Below, piece by piece: positions 36,201-50,311 of a stretch of 64,000 bases of DNA. The notes under the pieces were generated by a model. The model was not told the origin of the DNA. It made no database searches and saw nothing but the letters and a program-made list of their open reading frames with translations. This stretch comes from Callorhinchus milii (Eukaryota): assembly GCF_018977255.1 (NCBI RefSeq), contig NW_024704743.1, forward strand, positions 62,250,001-62,314,000, written 5' to 3'. The position numbers and the translations under genes are program-made. The first letter of the stretch is position 1. Each line of letters begins with the position of its first letter.

Positions 36201-37215
36201 CATAATATACTTTCATAAAATCAGTTTTTGTATAAAATTGTTGTGAAATTTTCAGGTCAGAGGGCTAAAGGTGACAGTAATTAATCTCTGGAAAAAAAAT
36301 ACAAAAAAAATAATAATTTGGTCACTCAATCCACGACTGTTTGCGGGACACTGCTGTGTACAATTTCGCCCACAAAACATATAGTCAATTTACTTTACAG
36401 TATATTCTGTGAAGCACTTTGAGATGTCTAGACAACGTGATAAGGTGCTATATCGACTGCAAGGATTGTTATTATTATTAAATCCCAGCAGCCAATGATT
36501 GTAAACTGCTTTTGAACAGCTGCAGTAGGAGCCTCTGTTCACTGAAGAGCGAGAGCACCACAGAAATTTGTCTCTCTAGCTGCCTGACCTCCTTCGACCA
36601 CACAGCTAATTTTATCTGTGTATCTCACTCACTGGAGGAATTACAGTATGAAGTATCCCCTCTCTTGCAACATCATCTGCCATTAACACTGCAAAGAGGA
36701 CAAATGAAAATTTTAAATTGGAACGCATATTCTGAATACGTTGTGGTGCAAGAATTTGAAAGTTAAATTAATCCTTTAAACTGGGAGTTATTTTCCCCCT
36801 TTGACGTAGAATGGGAATGGGGAAGGGTGACTTTGTATTCCTTTTGTATTTTCTCCACCGTAAGTCACCTCCAGTTCTGATGAGCTAGAAATAGAGAAGC
36901 AAAACACAGAAAACTTCTGAGGTTCAGAAACAAGAAAGATCCCCTTGTCTGTCACTGAGAGAGAGACCTCAGGCGATCACAATCTGTAGGGGACCTTTGT
37001 TTGCTCCTGTATCACTTCCCTCAGTGATTGTGATATTTCATCTTGACAGTGAATTCAGGAAACCAAACCTCAACTCTTTACAGCTAAAAAGCATTCAACA
37101 CAGAAAAGTAAATCTTGATGGGACAATCATGTAAAACCAGGAAGTAAGCAAATAAACTCAGTTGGTGAGCAAATAAACTTGCTGGAAGCTCTCATAGATA
37201 TTTTTTTTAGATCAG

Positions 37216-37745
37216 ATGAGTTTCCGATACAAGTGGGAACCCATCACCATGCTTAAGAGTTTCCATCCAAACCAGACTGGGACTGGGAGTTCCACAAATG
37301 TGTGTCAGCCTGTCTCACTTGGCACCACTCTCCCCCCTGAATCAGAAAGGTGTGGGTTCAAGCCCTATGTCAGGACGTTGAACGTACATTATCTAGGCTT
37401 ACATTCTAGTGCAGTTGCCACACTTGCCTAGCATATCCCTTGAAGTGCTTTCAGATATCCTCTTACTATGAGAGGCGCTGTATCAAGTGTGAGGATTATA
37501 CATATATTATTTTCACATGGAAATTTGCCCATGGTTGAAATGAAAAAAGCACTCCCTCTCCAGAGGGACGCATCCTACAGAGAGTATTAGGCACAGTTTG
37601 GCAAGAGACAAGGCTTGGGGATCCCAGAGCATGCATTGGTGTACTGCTGGAGTCTAACCAGCTAAAACCCCAGTTTGTCTGGCAAGGTTCCCGCTACTTG
37701 TCCAGGTAAGACCATCTTACACATTATGGATTTGGCTTACAGAGT
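37216..37745 (+). repeat. Unclassified ~350-bp repeat, copy split by a DeuSINE piece at ~37303-37500
   Basis: gtgggaacccatcaccatgcttaagag...ccaaaccagactg, then the SINE, then gcactccctctccagagggacgcatcc...ctggagtctaaccagct. Confidence 0.82.
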
Positions 37746-38569
37746 TACACAGATCCATGGAGCTCTAAGTGTTAAAATATATAACCCTGAGGTGATGCAT
37801 TCCAATCAGTGCCACAGAGTTGTGAAATTTCTTTTTCATCACTCTGTGGAGTTACTGATCTCAGTGAGATTTCCCTGAGATTTTAAGTAGAGACCAGACA
37901 TTTCCCTAACAACAGGGCGGATGGGAGAGAATTACAGGGACAACTATTGCCACTCTCACATCCCTCCTAACTTGCAAGTCAAGAGAAGCATAGGCAGAAG
38001 ACTGGAAGAAGGTGATCTGCCAGCTGTCTTGGCTGGAAACAGTGCTTGGCTCAGCAAGACCAAAATGAGAATAAGATTTAGAATAAGCGTATGGCTTAGA
38101 GTTCTTTGTAATTGTATTTAAACAAGAGTGACTGGCAAACCAAACGAGGTTACTGGTATTTATAAAGAAACAAATGGAATGAAAGTATTTTGAGGAGTCC
38201 AGTGTTCCCTATAAATTAGGCCTGCTGCAAAGACATTCAGCATATTATTGACTCTGCACTGAATTAATGTTTGGAACAAAGTTCACAGAGCCTCTTTAGC
38301 ACCAAATGTTTTCCACTGCATATAATTCAAAATTGGAGACAGACATTTTGTTGTTTATTAAAGTCAGATTAATTCTCTTAGGCAGATCTCTGTACATGCA
38401 AAATGGAGACGTTCTTACATCCAATGTGTGCAGATGACAATCTATTTCTGTAACTTCGGAATGGGGATCCAACAACTCGGCTGTCATGCACTGAAAGTTA
38501 CCATCAGCAGTTCCTCTGATTAATTGTGAAACGTTCCATTGTGAACCACCACTTTATAACCCCAGTGTT

Positions 38570-38780
38570 AATCTCACTCATAAAATACATGAGGTTAATT
38601 GGTGTGAGGAATAGAAATGTCACTCTGGTGCGGTAGAAGGTGTTTCTCTGAGGTTGTAGTTAAAGCATATTGGTTGGGAAGAATAAAGGGAACTTAGCTC
38701 TTTATTTGGCACGTACTATACATGATCTGTGAGCACTTGAATCTGACACCAGGTATCCCAAGTTGTAAAGTGTTCCTTGG
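38570..38780 (+). mobile_element. LF-SINE-like remnant, 3' half
   Basis: gtagaaggtgtttctctgagg...gcatattggttgggaagaataaagggaac resembles the recalled LF-SINE 3' region. Confidence 0.4.
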
Positions 38781-39709
38781 TATTTCTTTGGTTGATTTAG
38801 TAACTATCGGTTACCACAAAGTTTCGCCCACAAATATACAGTCAATTCACTTTACAGTATATTGTAAAGCACTTTGAGACTTCTAGAAGACGTGGGAAGC
38901 GCTATATCAAATGCAATGATTATTATTATATTATTATCAATGTCTAGAGTTGAACTGAACCATATTGACTCAGGAATTACCTTTTTAAGAACTGCAGAAA
39001 AACAGTTCCCAAAGTACAAGTTGAATTTAAGAATTTTCCACAATCCTGCACTATGTTAACTCTTAACAAAATAAACTTAAGACTAGGTTGGATTTCAGGC
39101 TTTACGAATTGAAAGGGATTTAATTGACCAAACATTCTGCCGAGCATCTCTTCTTACGATCTACAGTTCTGCAAAAAAAATCTTTCAGTCATTTGTCTTC
39201 CTTGAGCTATGCTGGTGTTGTGTCTAGCTCTGAGATCAAGCTTTGATATCTTGCATCTTAAAGTCCTGGGGGGTTGCCCAATCCCAAGGTTCTTTTCTCC
39301 AATAAAAAATATTGAATTATTGGAAACACCTCCTACCTCATAATTCTACATTTTGGCCTCTCTCTATGTCCTTTGCATTGAAACAATGCCCCTTGAAAGT
39401 ACAGTAGAATTTACGACAAAGGAGAGAATTCTTTACTTTCCTGAGCAAAATGTACCAGGATCCAATATATATTACTGAAAATACACTGCAGTAAGGCAAG
39501 ACCTGTTGAGTGAGTTACACTCACTAAAGCAGGTTTGGCTGAATTCAAAGGAGGATTTAGATTTTTTTGTAAAAAAAATCCATCTCTTCCTTCTTTAAAG
39601 GGATACTGTCAGCATGAATTGTTTTCTGGAAACCCTTCAGGACATGATCGTTAAATTAGAGCTAAACTGGTTAAGAAGGGGAAAAAATCAGAAAAAAATC
39701 ATTGTGGAG

Positions 39710-40030
39710 GTAATAATAATAATCCTTATATTTGATAGAGCGCATTTCAAGTCAGGGGGACATCTCAAAGCGTTTCACAGGATATTCTATAAAGTGCAGT
39801 GGCTGTATATTTTGTAGGTAAACCCAACACCCAAGTTGCACACAGCAATATCCATCAAACATCCAGGAAGTGCATAACAAATTTTATTTGAGGGATTGTT
39901 GGCCAGGACAGTGAGAGACATTCTCTTTTTGAATAATGCCATGGGATCTTTATCCTGAACACGCAGATAGGACCTTAGTTTAACATTTCGTCTGAAGGAT
40001 GGCACCCCCGACAATGCAGTGCATCCCGTA
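39710..40030 (-). mobile_element. DeuSINE fragment
   Basis: Tail plus gccatgggatcttt and tttaacatttcgtctgaaggatggcacccccgacaatgcag. Confidence 0.85.
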
Positions 40031-41799
40031 CCACTATTCAGAGGTCAGTCAATTCAGAGATCCCATTGGTCGACCTGACAATCTTGGTTGTTCCTAGAAG
40101 TTGCTTGACTCAGATTCCTTTTAAAGAATATTATAAGTTGAGCCCCAACAAGATCATCTGCAGAAATTGAATTATGGTATTATTAATTTCAAGCAAAATG
40201 TTTGTCCCTCTCTGGGAATTTTAAAACAATTGGAATTTCTTTCTATAAATGAATAATCAGGATCCCAGCTGAAGTCAGAACACAGTCAGCACTGCACGCA
40301 CAATCTGCAGATACCACCTCAAAGATCTTAACCCGTCACTTGCTCACTAGCTTTATCACTGTCATCCACATCAGAGTAAGTCTCAGTGGAGAATGTATGA
40401 CCTATACTAGATGAGATGCAACTGAAGGGCAAAAAAGTGATGTGAGAAATATCATTGGTGATCATTATCACGGATGGCAGGCCAGTTCAGTTGGAACTTG
40501 CCGCTAGGTAAGGCGCTTGAAACCCAGGCCCCACATTGGTACCTGAGGTCATGGTCAAGGCTAGCAGCCCAAGGATTGTGTTGCCCTGTTCGATCAGATA
40601 TCAAACCAAGATTCCATCTTCCTGTTCAAGTGAACTTTAAAGATGTCACGGCATTAATCAAAAAGAGAAGGGATTTTCTCCAGATTTTCTAGCCCACCAT
40701 TCTCCAAAGTAATTGATGATCCACTTAATGGCTTTTCCGTTTCTTCATACTTATAAAAAGGAACAATGGAAATTTGACTGAACTTAAGTACTTTCCAATA
40801 TTCTGCACCGTCTTAAATGCTAAGACATCGGGTTTAAGGTTAAGACCATGAGAAAGTTAGGGCTTTAGATTTCTTTCATGTACAGCACTAAACTTGACTA
40901 CTAATCATATTAAATCTCCAAACTGACTTGAAGAAAACTCAAATGAAAAACATTTCACATCTGCAGCATACGAATATTTTACATAATTAGATAATAAAAT
41001 ATTAATGTGAGTAAAAAGCATGGGAATAATATTATAGAAGTTGAATTCTCCAGATCTCAAAGGAGGTGCATGTGGTGTTATATTGGTATTTCAGTACCAG
41101 AAATAAAGTGTAAATCAGTGTAGTATGTAGCTATGCATAGATACTCTTAGACACCAGTGAAATTGAAAATCACAAATTTAACAGACACTTCAGTGTTGGA
41201 GTTGTCAAGTGAACATAGGTACATCACCTCATATATTACAGTGTAATCCCTTTCCTCAAATTGGTGCCTCTAGGCTGTATGAGATATAATAGGTTTTCAA
41301 GTAACTGCAAATTCAATTTTAATTATAATAGGAGATACATTTCTGATAATGGATCAACCTAGGGGAATGATGATCTTTGTCAATTATCACTGATATTGGA
41401 AAACATTTTTTATAGAAGCTGGAAATATGATGAATCACCAAATACAAGACAATGAATTTTGCTATTCTTATTGATGGTAAAATCTAAGAGTATCCATACA
41501 CAGACTGAGAGATGAAGGATGTAAAAATACATTTTAAATGAAAACTACCAGTGGATAGGCTGATAGTGGCTAATTGTTGATTAACTTGAATCCCTTAACA
41601 ATCTGAATTAGGAAGTGTTTAACATGCTGAATTGTTTGAAAATACTGGCTGTAATTAATCCCAAAGCACCATGTTGCAATTGCGAGCTCAATGCATGCAT
41701 TATTTCCCAGTTTCACATGAAGTGAAAGAACCTGGCCCATGCCTATAATAAGAATAAGACATCTCAAAGTATTTTAGCAAAGGATTTTACGCCCATCTC

Positions 41800-42600
41800 C
41801 AAAATCTTCACCAGACTCCATTGGCCGATTCGGATTAATTTCACAATCCACATGCAAATCTCTTCATGCTCTAGCACTTTCCTACCTCACTAACATGCTC
41901 ATACCCTACTCATCTGTCCCCATCACTCAGTTAACACAGGGCTGCTGTAAATTCCCTGACCCTCTTGGCTCTGGCACCTATGCCCCTAATCTCTGGAACT
42001 CAATGCCTATACCTTGCCCCCTCTTTATCTAAATCTAAATCCCACCTGAAGATCTACCTTTTTGACTGCGATGTGATCACCTGCCCCTTCTCCATTGCTT
42101 GAATGTCCAACCCTACCACTGTACAGCATTCCGAGACGCTATCTGCCTGAAGGGCTCTATATAGATCCAAGTTGTTGTTGTGTGACTGTGTATCATAGGC
42201 AACCACGGCAGCCATTATACATACAGCAATATCCCACAAACAACCAAGTAAATAACCAGTTTTATTTGGGTAATTGTTGGCCAGGATACTGGGAGAAATT
42301 TCCTTCGCTTTTCGACTAGTACAGCGCTCATAGACACTATCCTGGGTGAAGGGCGCTTTATAAATGCAAGCTGTTGTTGTTTTTGCTGTTGAGAACTGCC
42401 AAGGGATTATTAACTTCCACCTGAACAAACAGTTTAAAGTCTCAGTCAAAGGAAAGCATCTCCAACACTGCAATTCTCTATAGCACAGCATTGGACTCTC
42501 AGCCTTGTCTGTGAGTTCAAAGACCCAACATGGGGCTTGAATATGCAACCTTCTGACAAAGACAAGAAAAATGTTACCAACTGAGCCAGGCTGACATACT
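41800..42600. mobile_element. Decayed L2 3' fragment (plus, to ~42180) and DeuSINE (minus, ~42180-42600)
   Basis: L2 motifs (ctccattggc; cccctaatctctggaactc) and the reversed SINE head caaccttctgac...taccaactgagccaggctgac. Confidence 0.72.
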
Positions 42601-45184
42601 TTCCCTTATACAGCACTTTCACTTAGGGTGAACAACAAAGTGCTTCACAAGGACAACGGGGAGCACCAAGCAGGGGGACATAGTTGTTGATGATGGTATG
42701 CCACTCATTATGGGACAGAAGGAGTGAGGAATGAGGAGTAGGTCAAAGTTGGAACAACAACAACTTGCATTTATATAGCGCCCTTCACACTGGACGGTGT
42801 CTCGGAGCGCTTAGGAAGAGGGAAGGAAATTAAGGCTGGAAGATATTTGCATAGATTAAGTGATAGTAGCCGAGCTCAGGGAGGCGCCCAAGGAGCACAG
42901 AGTTCCCTAGAGCTACCACGAGTCCAGAGTGAATACTTGCCTCTGACTAATACAGATATGGTATTGTTTTGTCTCAATGTGAATACCTGTGAAATGTATA
43001 ATCATTTTCCTCACTGTTATAAAACCTGATGGATTATAATTGATTTTATAAGAACTGATCTTTTAAAATTGCAATTTAGGTGTCATTATGATAGACTTCC
43101 CTTTAAGAAACAATCACAATATTACCATAATTTTGCTATTTCGCATCATGCAACACTTTTAAACACATTCGTGCGAGGTACATGGCCACCTCGTAATGTG
43201 AGCCTGCTTGTGTTTGTGCTCACTATCTTCCTTCATTGGGAAACGGGCACAGAAATAATGAGAAGCAATGTTTAATGTAACAAATCTTCAACCAGATGAA
43301 ATTAAATAAATTATTTTGAAATTTTGTAAAGCAAACTTATGTTTCAGATTTCTAATAAAGTATGTTTACGAGAATTATAAAATTATAAAAAAACAAAACG
43401 GTTCTAGATTAATACAAATTAGCCTTAATTCTGTTGATATAACCTCCACAAGGTCAAACACTCAGGCCAAAGCTCCTCTGTAAATCACATTAGTGGACTC
43501 CAAGGGTCTGACTGGTGACATCCCTCAGCTGTTTGGAGGAGGGCATTCGAGTGTGGACCAACTTAACTTATGAATGTAAAACCAATTCACTAGCTTGAAT
43601 AAGTGTTGCAAGGTTATATTACTGTGCAATTGGTTGAGACGGACTTGGTAGCACTATCACGTTCGCAAACAAAATACACAGTCACAACAACAACAACAAC
43701 AACAAGATTCCATTTACAAAGCGCCTTTCACGTCAGGAGGACGTCCCACGATACTTTATAGTGTGAAGCGCTTTGAGAAATTGAGAAATTTCCACATTCT
43801 CTGAAATGCTAAGGAAACAGAGTAAATGTAGACCCGTGAGGAATTTCTCCCCTTAAGTGAGGTAGGAGGAAATGAGAATAGTCTTATGAGAAAGCTTTAC
43901 GTGTGCTGGAGGAAGAGAATCCTCTGTCTAACCTAGCTCAATGATATTATTGCTGACAAATCACATAATAATCGCTCACAAAATGATTACTTGCAGCATG
44001 AATGGGTGATCGATCGCCTGTGTGAATAAAAAGGGCTGATTTTTCTTTTCTTTTCACAAAGCCTGCAGACTTCAATCTTCCCGTCACTATGGTAGATGAT
44101 TACAGATCAGGTTTAACAATATGTCTTATGGGTTGATTTTCCAAGGGGAGGGAGTATCCCTTTAAATGGCATCTTTTTTCGCTCTGCATTTTGACCTAGA
44201 CTGTTTAGAGACAATTAGTATTTAATTGAGTTCTGTTTCACAATGGGAATCGTTCTCTTTGTGTTCTCTTGTGGATTAATCCCCATCGAGCCCTGACGGT
44301 GGACCACAGCCCTCAATCACTGAGCAGGAACATAAAGCTGACTGCTCTTTTACTTCAAACAATGAATTTAGTGTCAAACCCTGAGTGAGAACCTGGGGAT
44401 TTCTTCCGAAGGACTCAGTGGTAATGATTTACCTCTTCTTTGTTCCATTTGCATCATTCTTCAGTGGAGTTATGGGGATGGGTGGTGGGGCGCGAAGGGA
44501 GGGAATGTGTATGTATATGTGTGCGTGTTAGCAGCTTTGAAGAGGTACATAGCAACTGTAAAGTTTTGCTAGTGGTAGCTTGTTGCAGCTACATTCTTCC
44601 CAGACTTTCCTGCACATACCTTCAAGTGGAAAAGATTAAAAGATTCATGTTTGATCAACTCTGAATTCTGCAAGGAATAAACTTGACTGGGAGAGATAGG
44701 GGAATTAGTTCATCTTGGATGGATAATGAAGGTTAAACCACTAAAGGCAGAAAACACTTACAGATCTTTCCAATTACTGCCTCCATCACTCTTTCTGCTT
44801 AACAAGTTGTTAGTTGACGAGGAAAGAAAGAGAAGGAAAGTTAATGGAAGCAAGAATGATCCTTTTATGACAGGTAAATACATCTGGTAAGCAAATACAA
44901 CCCAAACGTAAACCATAATCTTCCAAGCAGCTTTCAGCAAAGATCAATTAACTTCACACTGAAGTCTTTGCAATGCCACTGCTGCTATAATGGAGGTTAA
45001 AATGCCAAGTAATACGTTTTGAATCCGTTGTGTAAAAAAAAAGCAAATTAAACTTTTGATACATATCATACATCAACATTCTCATAAATGCACAGCATCT
45101 CACAATGTTTTAAACCATTTGGGAACAAAGTCTTTCAAATATTGCAGATTATTTCCAGATCAAATACTGTAGCGCCAGACAGAA

Positions 45185-45490
45185 CTCGTATTGTCAGAGG
45201 TGCTGACCTTCAGACGAGACGTTAAACTGAGGTCTTCTCTGCCTGTTCACGTGACATTAAAGATCTCATTACACTATTCAAATATAGGAGAGAGTGTATG
45301 CTGTGTGCTGGCCAAATACCACAGATTAATTGGTAATTCATTTCATTGCTGTTTGTGGGACATTGCTGAATACGCACAGATTGACTGCTGTTTTCACGGA
45401 CAAATACACTTCACTCTGCGGCAATTATCTGTGAAGCTCTTTGAGATGTTTTGACATTTTAGGCAGTATATGAAATGGAAGCATTAGTAT
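45185..45490 (+). mobile_element. DeuSINE fragment
   Basis: attgtcagaggtgctgaccttcagacgagacgttaaactgagg...cattgctgtttgtgggacattgctg. Confidence 0.82.
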
Positions 45491-45749
45491 TATCAAGCTC
45501 TGCCTAAGTTTATTCCCCTACCTTTCACTTCCTCTTTCTACATGGCTTGAGAGTGTGAGAAAGCTTTAAACTTGTCAAGGTTGTTCAGATTATAATTTGC
45601 AAGTATTATTATTTACAAGTGGAAATTCTTGAGATTGTGTTACAATTTTACAGAAACCGATCCGAGCCAACTGTTGATTGTTACCATATTCCATTTGTTT
45701 ATGTATATACTGCACAGTTACAGTTAAATTTATAATATTTAAAAATGGA

Positions 45750-46110
45750 AAAACAACAACAGCAACAACTTGTGAATATATAGTGCCTTTGACGTCAGGA
45801 GGATGTTCCAAGGCGCTTGACAGTCGAAGGTTTGTAACCGAGCTGCGGGTTGGATTCAGGAGGGGTGGAGGCTAATGGAGGAGGAGGAAGATGACCGAAG
45901 GCGCAGTCAAACAGAAAGGTCTTGAGACGGACCTTGAGGCAAAGGATAGAGTTCCACAGGGAGGGGGCAGAAACACTGAAGGTATGGTGGAGTGGGCAAA
46001 GCGGGGGACGTGAAGCAGGGCGGTGCAGAGGAAGTGGGCTGGTGGGTGGATATTAGAAGATCACAGATGTAGTGTGGGACAAGACTGTGGAGGGATATAA
46101 AAGTGAAACA
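45750..46110 (-). mobile_element. L2 3' fragment
   Basis: (CAA)n tail, gtgcctttgacgtcaggaggatgttccaaggcgct stem and L2 3' coding remnants. Confidence 0.78.
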
Positions 46111-47644
46111 AAGACCCCACAAGGTTCCACACTGGTTTGTTGAGGTGGAGTGGAGTGTTCATCCATGTAGATTGATGCTGTCAACACTGAATGTGAGAAG
46201 GCACTGACGGGAGCCAATGACTTGGCAAAAACACTACAATTTTTACAGAAATATGCCTCTACACCAAGATATCAAAGTCTTCTCCCTTATCACTTATAAC
46301 ATGAGGTTTTCATAATTTAAAGTAACTTGAGACCGTTTCCTTGTTGTTTTCTCATTCTTATGAGAAAAGTTATTTATAGAGCTTTACAGTATATACAGTG
46401 AATGCTTTTGTTTCCTTCCAAGACATTTCAAAATAAAATAAACACTGTTAAGTGACCCCGCAATTACTGTAATACTTTTTTAGTGAAATTTAGAAGAATG
46501 CTTCCTTGGAGACTTTAATTTATTAATAGAGATTGGGGTCAGTGGCTAACATTACCTTAGAGCAGGGATTAAGGTACATCCTGAACTATTTAAAGTTTTA
46601 TTTTACACATTAGAATAGAGATTGCCGGATGCTCGTGAGAAAAGAAAGGAGGTACCTATATTAGCATGTTTGCAGAGAAGTGATAATTAAAAACACGTTG
46701 TCTTCTGGGCTGAATACTAATGTAGCACCTCCTGCTTAATTCAGTCAGTGCGCTTAGTAAATGTTTCCTGTAACTGCTGACAAGCTGTTTATTATTAGCC
46801 AACCCGCCACCAGTCAGAACATGGACATCATTCTGGAGGTGTAGGTAACTGCCTGAAGGTAAATGCACAGTCATCCTCAACCTTCAAAATAAATTCTCTT
46901 CAGCATTCCATAGATAAGTGTATGAACTAAACATGTATTCGCCCACAAAAGACAGTTAATCCACTTTACACTATATCATGTGAAGCACTTTGAGTCATCT
47001 CAACAACATGATAAGGCGCTATGTCAAATTTTTTATTTTATTTTATAGTTTTCAGAGAATATAGTGTTTTCTGAGCAATTATGTTTTTACGGAACACGTC
47101 TCATTGTATTACCACCCCTTTCCCTCTAGTACACCGCCACGCTGTTTTGCACCAGCTAGTTTTGACTGACATTCATCACATTACCACTCCCGCTAAACAA
47201 AACAAAGCAGGGAACACTTCTTTCCTCTCAAGCCTTGTATATTTATATATTAGTCCAACTGCTGATTAAAGCAAAGAAGGAAATACTTGCCTCACAGAGC
47301 TAGTATGTTAACACATTTGCCAGGGAAAACAAAGGAGTTAAGACTTCTCCTGAGTTAAACACAATATTTATCTTTCTTGAAAGCTAATTTTCATTCCTGT
47401 TACCCATACCTCTGTCCTTATGAATTTATTTATGGTAGGGTGGGGTGGTCTTGCTTGGTTTTGGCTTAGGATCCCAAAGACCCAGAATTAGCGAATCATC
47501 TCCCTTTAGCACTGGAATGGAATAAACAGAGAAACACTATATACAGAAGAATTCCTTCCCTAATCACCAGATCAAAATCTAGAGGGCATGAGGAATCTGC
47601 TTTGTAGAAGAAAATTCCATTTGAAGATTTGTACTATAAGAATA

Positions 47645-48660
47645 CAATAATAATTCTTGCATTTGATATCGCCTTTCACATCAGGAGGATGTCTTGAAGC
47701 ACTTCACAGGATTTACTGTAAATTAGAGTGACTATCTATTTGAAGGCGAATGCAGCAGCCAATTTGTGTATTGTAATGTCCCACAACCAGCTGTGAAGTG
47801 ACTGATCAATTTTATTTGGGGGATTGTTAGCCAGCACATCGGGAAAAACTTAATGAACTGGAACCTCTCTATCTCTCTGACCTGCTTACACCTCACTCCA
47901 CCACTTGCCACCTTCTATCAGTTGGCTCGTGCACATCGCTTGTCCCCTACACTCCACCAACACTGGCCGTGCCTTCAGCCAGAATGCCTGAAACTCTGGA
48001 ATTCTCTGCCTCAATCCCTCCATTATGCCCATTCTTGCCCTTCTTCGGATCACACCTGAAGATCTTCCTCTTCAGGTGCCTACAGTCACCTCCCTTCTCT
48101 CCCCAGCTCAGGATCAAGCTCCGCCACTGTTAAGTGCTCCGAGACACTACCCAACGTTGAGGGGCCTAGGAAATACAAGTTGTTGTTTCACTTCGGGACG
48201 ACGTCCCAAAACACTTCCCAGAATACGCTATAAATCCAGTGACTGTGCGTTTAGCGGCAAACATGGCAACTAATTTGTGCACAGGAATGTCCCACAGTGA
48301 ATGACTGACCTTATTTTGGGGGATTGTAGGCCAGGATACAGGGAGAAACTCCCTTTTTGAAAAGTACTTTGGCTGTTTGTGGGACATTGCTATGCACAAA
48401 TTGGCTGCAAATCATCGCCTGCCTTGCCTCCTTCAAGGCCCACCTCAAGACCTTTCTCTTCGACCGTGCCTTTGGTCATTTTCCTAACACCTTTGCCCTC
48501 CAACCCTCTTGCTTCATACCCCAAGCTTGGGTATAAACCCTTCACTGTTCAGTGCTTTGGGATGTCTGCCCGACATGAAAGGCTCGACATAAAATGCAAT
48601 TTGTTGTTGTTCTGTTCTTTAACTTCCACCCGAACAGGCAGACATTGCTATAATGTCTTA
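47645..48660. mobile_element. Mosaic of DeuSINE (minus) and L2 3' (plus) fragments
   Basis: SINE tails at ~47645-47850 and ~48190-48410; L2 ends at ~47870-48186 and ~48412-48610. Confidence 0.72.
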
Positions 48661-49375
48661 TCCAAAGGATGAATACTAAGTTAAATATTATATGACAGTG
48701 TCCAATATTTAAAGCAAAGCACCCGAAGTTTTCAAAAGGGAATGTTTCCAGGCCAGTGGACAGCAATTTCACCTACATGATGCCACTAATCATGCAATGT
48801 TTTTGTTCTCCTAAGGCTATATATTATGAATCACAGTGGCTGTTTTATTATACAGCCAAGCTTCAGTGACATTTGCTGCGGCCTAAGAGATAAACCATTT
48901 TACTGCCGTTAATTTGTTTTCTCAAAAACAAATCAAGAGAATTCAGGATTTTCATGGCACTACAAATTCTAAACAGATTCTTCAAAATGAAAGTGATAAT
49001 TCTGCTACCAATAGAGTCAGTGCCTGGGAGATGCAGTGTGAGCCATAAATCTCAAGCCCTGATATGTAGGAAAGCCTCTGGACAGCCATCACTTTCAGCT
49101 CTGTTTATTTAGACCTTACAGAAAAGTAGAGTAAACCGAGTTGGGCATGACAGAGATTTCTTTACTCATACCAGGAGCTTGAAGAGGATCCCAATCTGTA
49201 TGGATTGTCTATCTCCAGAGCTTGGATCTCAGATCTATCAACATTTAGCCATTAATTTAGCCATAAAGTTAGGCCAGTAGATCATCCTTTGGTGTCCAAA
49301 TGTTTGGATTTTATTCGGTGTGGGAACCACAACCACAATGCTTAAGAGTATTCAAACCAGACTTAGAATTTCACC

Positions 49376-49890
49376 TCAACCACATCTCTGTCCCTATCGC
49401 TAACCTCACACCAACAAAACTCTTATTCATGCATTTGTCAGCTCCTGCCTAGACTTTACAAATACTCTCAACATTAATCTTCCTAGCTCCACCACCCATA
49501 AACTCCAACCAATCCAACACTCTGCCACCCACATCCCCACTTGCACCAAATTTCACATATCCATCACCCAGTCCTTGCCAGGCTCCACTGGCACCCAGCG
49601 TATCAATTTTAAAGTCCTCACCGTCACCTATAAATCCCTTCATGGCCTAATACCTCTCTAACTCTCCAATTTTTGCCTCCCTCACTCCTCTGCTCAGATA
49701 ACTTGGACTTGTTGCGTGTCCCCCATCCCCTCCATATGACCATCAGTGGCACAATCTTCAGTGACTGCACCCCTAACTCTGGAACTCCATCACTCCACCC
49801 CTGAATCTTGCCACCCCTCTATGTATCTTTAAATCCCTCCTTAAAACCTACTCTATGACCACGCATCTAGTCAATACTTCCTCCCCTCTC
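49376..49890 (+). mobile_element. Decayed L2 ORF2 3' fragment
   Basis: ctcttattcatgcatttgtcagctcctgcctagact (LIHAFVSSCLD) and ggctccactggc (LHW). Confidence 0.82.
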
Positions 49891-49894
49891 CCTA

Positions 49895-50215
49895 GCCGTG
49901 AAAGGAAAAGCTCTAACAAGTAGGCTGGTCCTAGCTGGACAAACAATGGGAAGCTTGGCAGACAGTGCTCTCAATAGCAAGCAATACAGTTTTAGTTGGT
50001 TAAACTGTTAAACTGCACCAATACCTATGAGACATTCTGTGTCCCCAAGCCTTGGCTTTTGTATACCTGCGCCTAATACTTTCTGGATTTAGGTAAGCAG
50101 GGTGGGTCCATCCGGAGAGAGAGTGCAGATTTCAGACACATGGAAATGTGGAAATCTCAGTCTGGTTTGGCTACCCTTTAGCTTGGTGATGAGTTTACTA
50201 GAGTGGGGACACTCT
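49895..50215 (-). repeat. Unclassified ~350-bp repeat, reverse copy
   Basis: ggtcctagctggacaa, ccccaagcctt, gagagagagtgc and tctcagtctggtttgg...tggtgatg are reverse complements of the blocks in copies 1 and 2. Confidence 0.82.
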
Positions 50216-50311
50216 CCCCACTCTTTTGCTCAGTATCCATCTCCGAAGACGTTCTGATACATGATGGGTACTATGAGAATGCAAGTTTTTGTTCCCAAGC
50301 GTCTATTCTAT

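Noticed and set aside
42855..42960. Plus-strand exon-like segment (LSDSSRAQGGAQG...TDM|gtattg)
   Set aside because: Purine-rich acceptor context next to an L2 tail, no recognisable homology, and phase incompatible with the 34994-35047 candidate.
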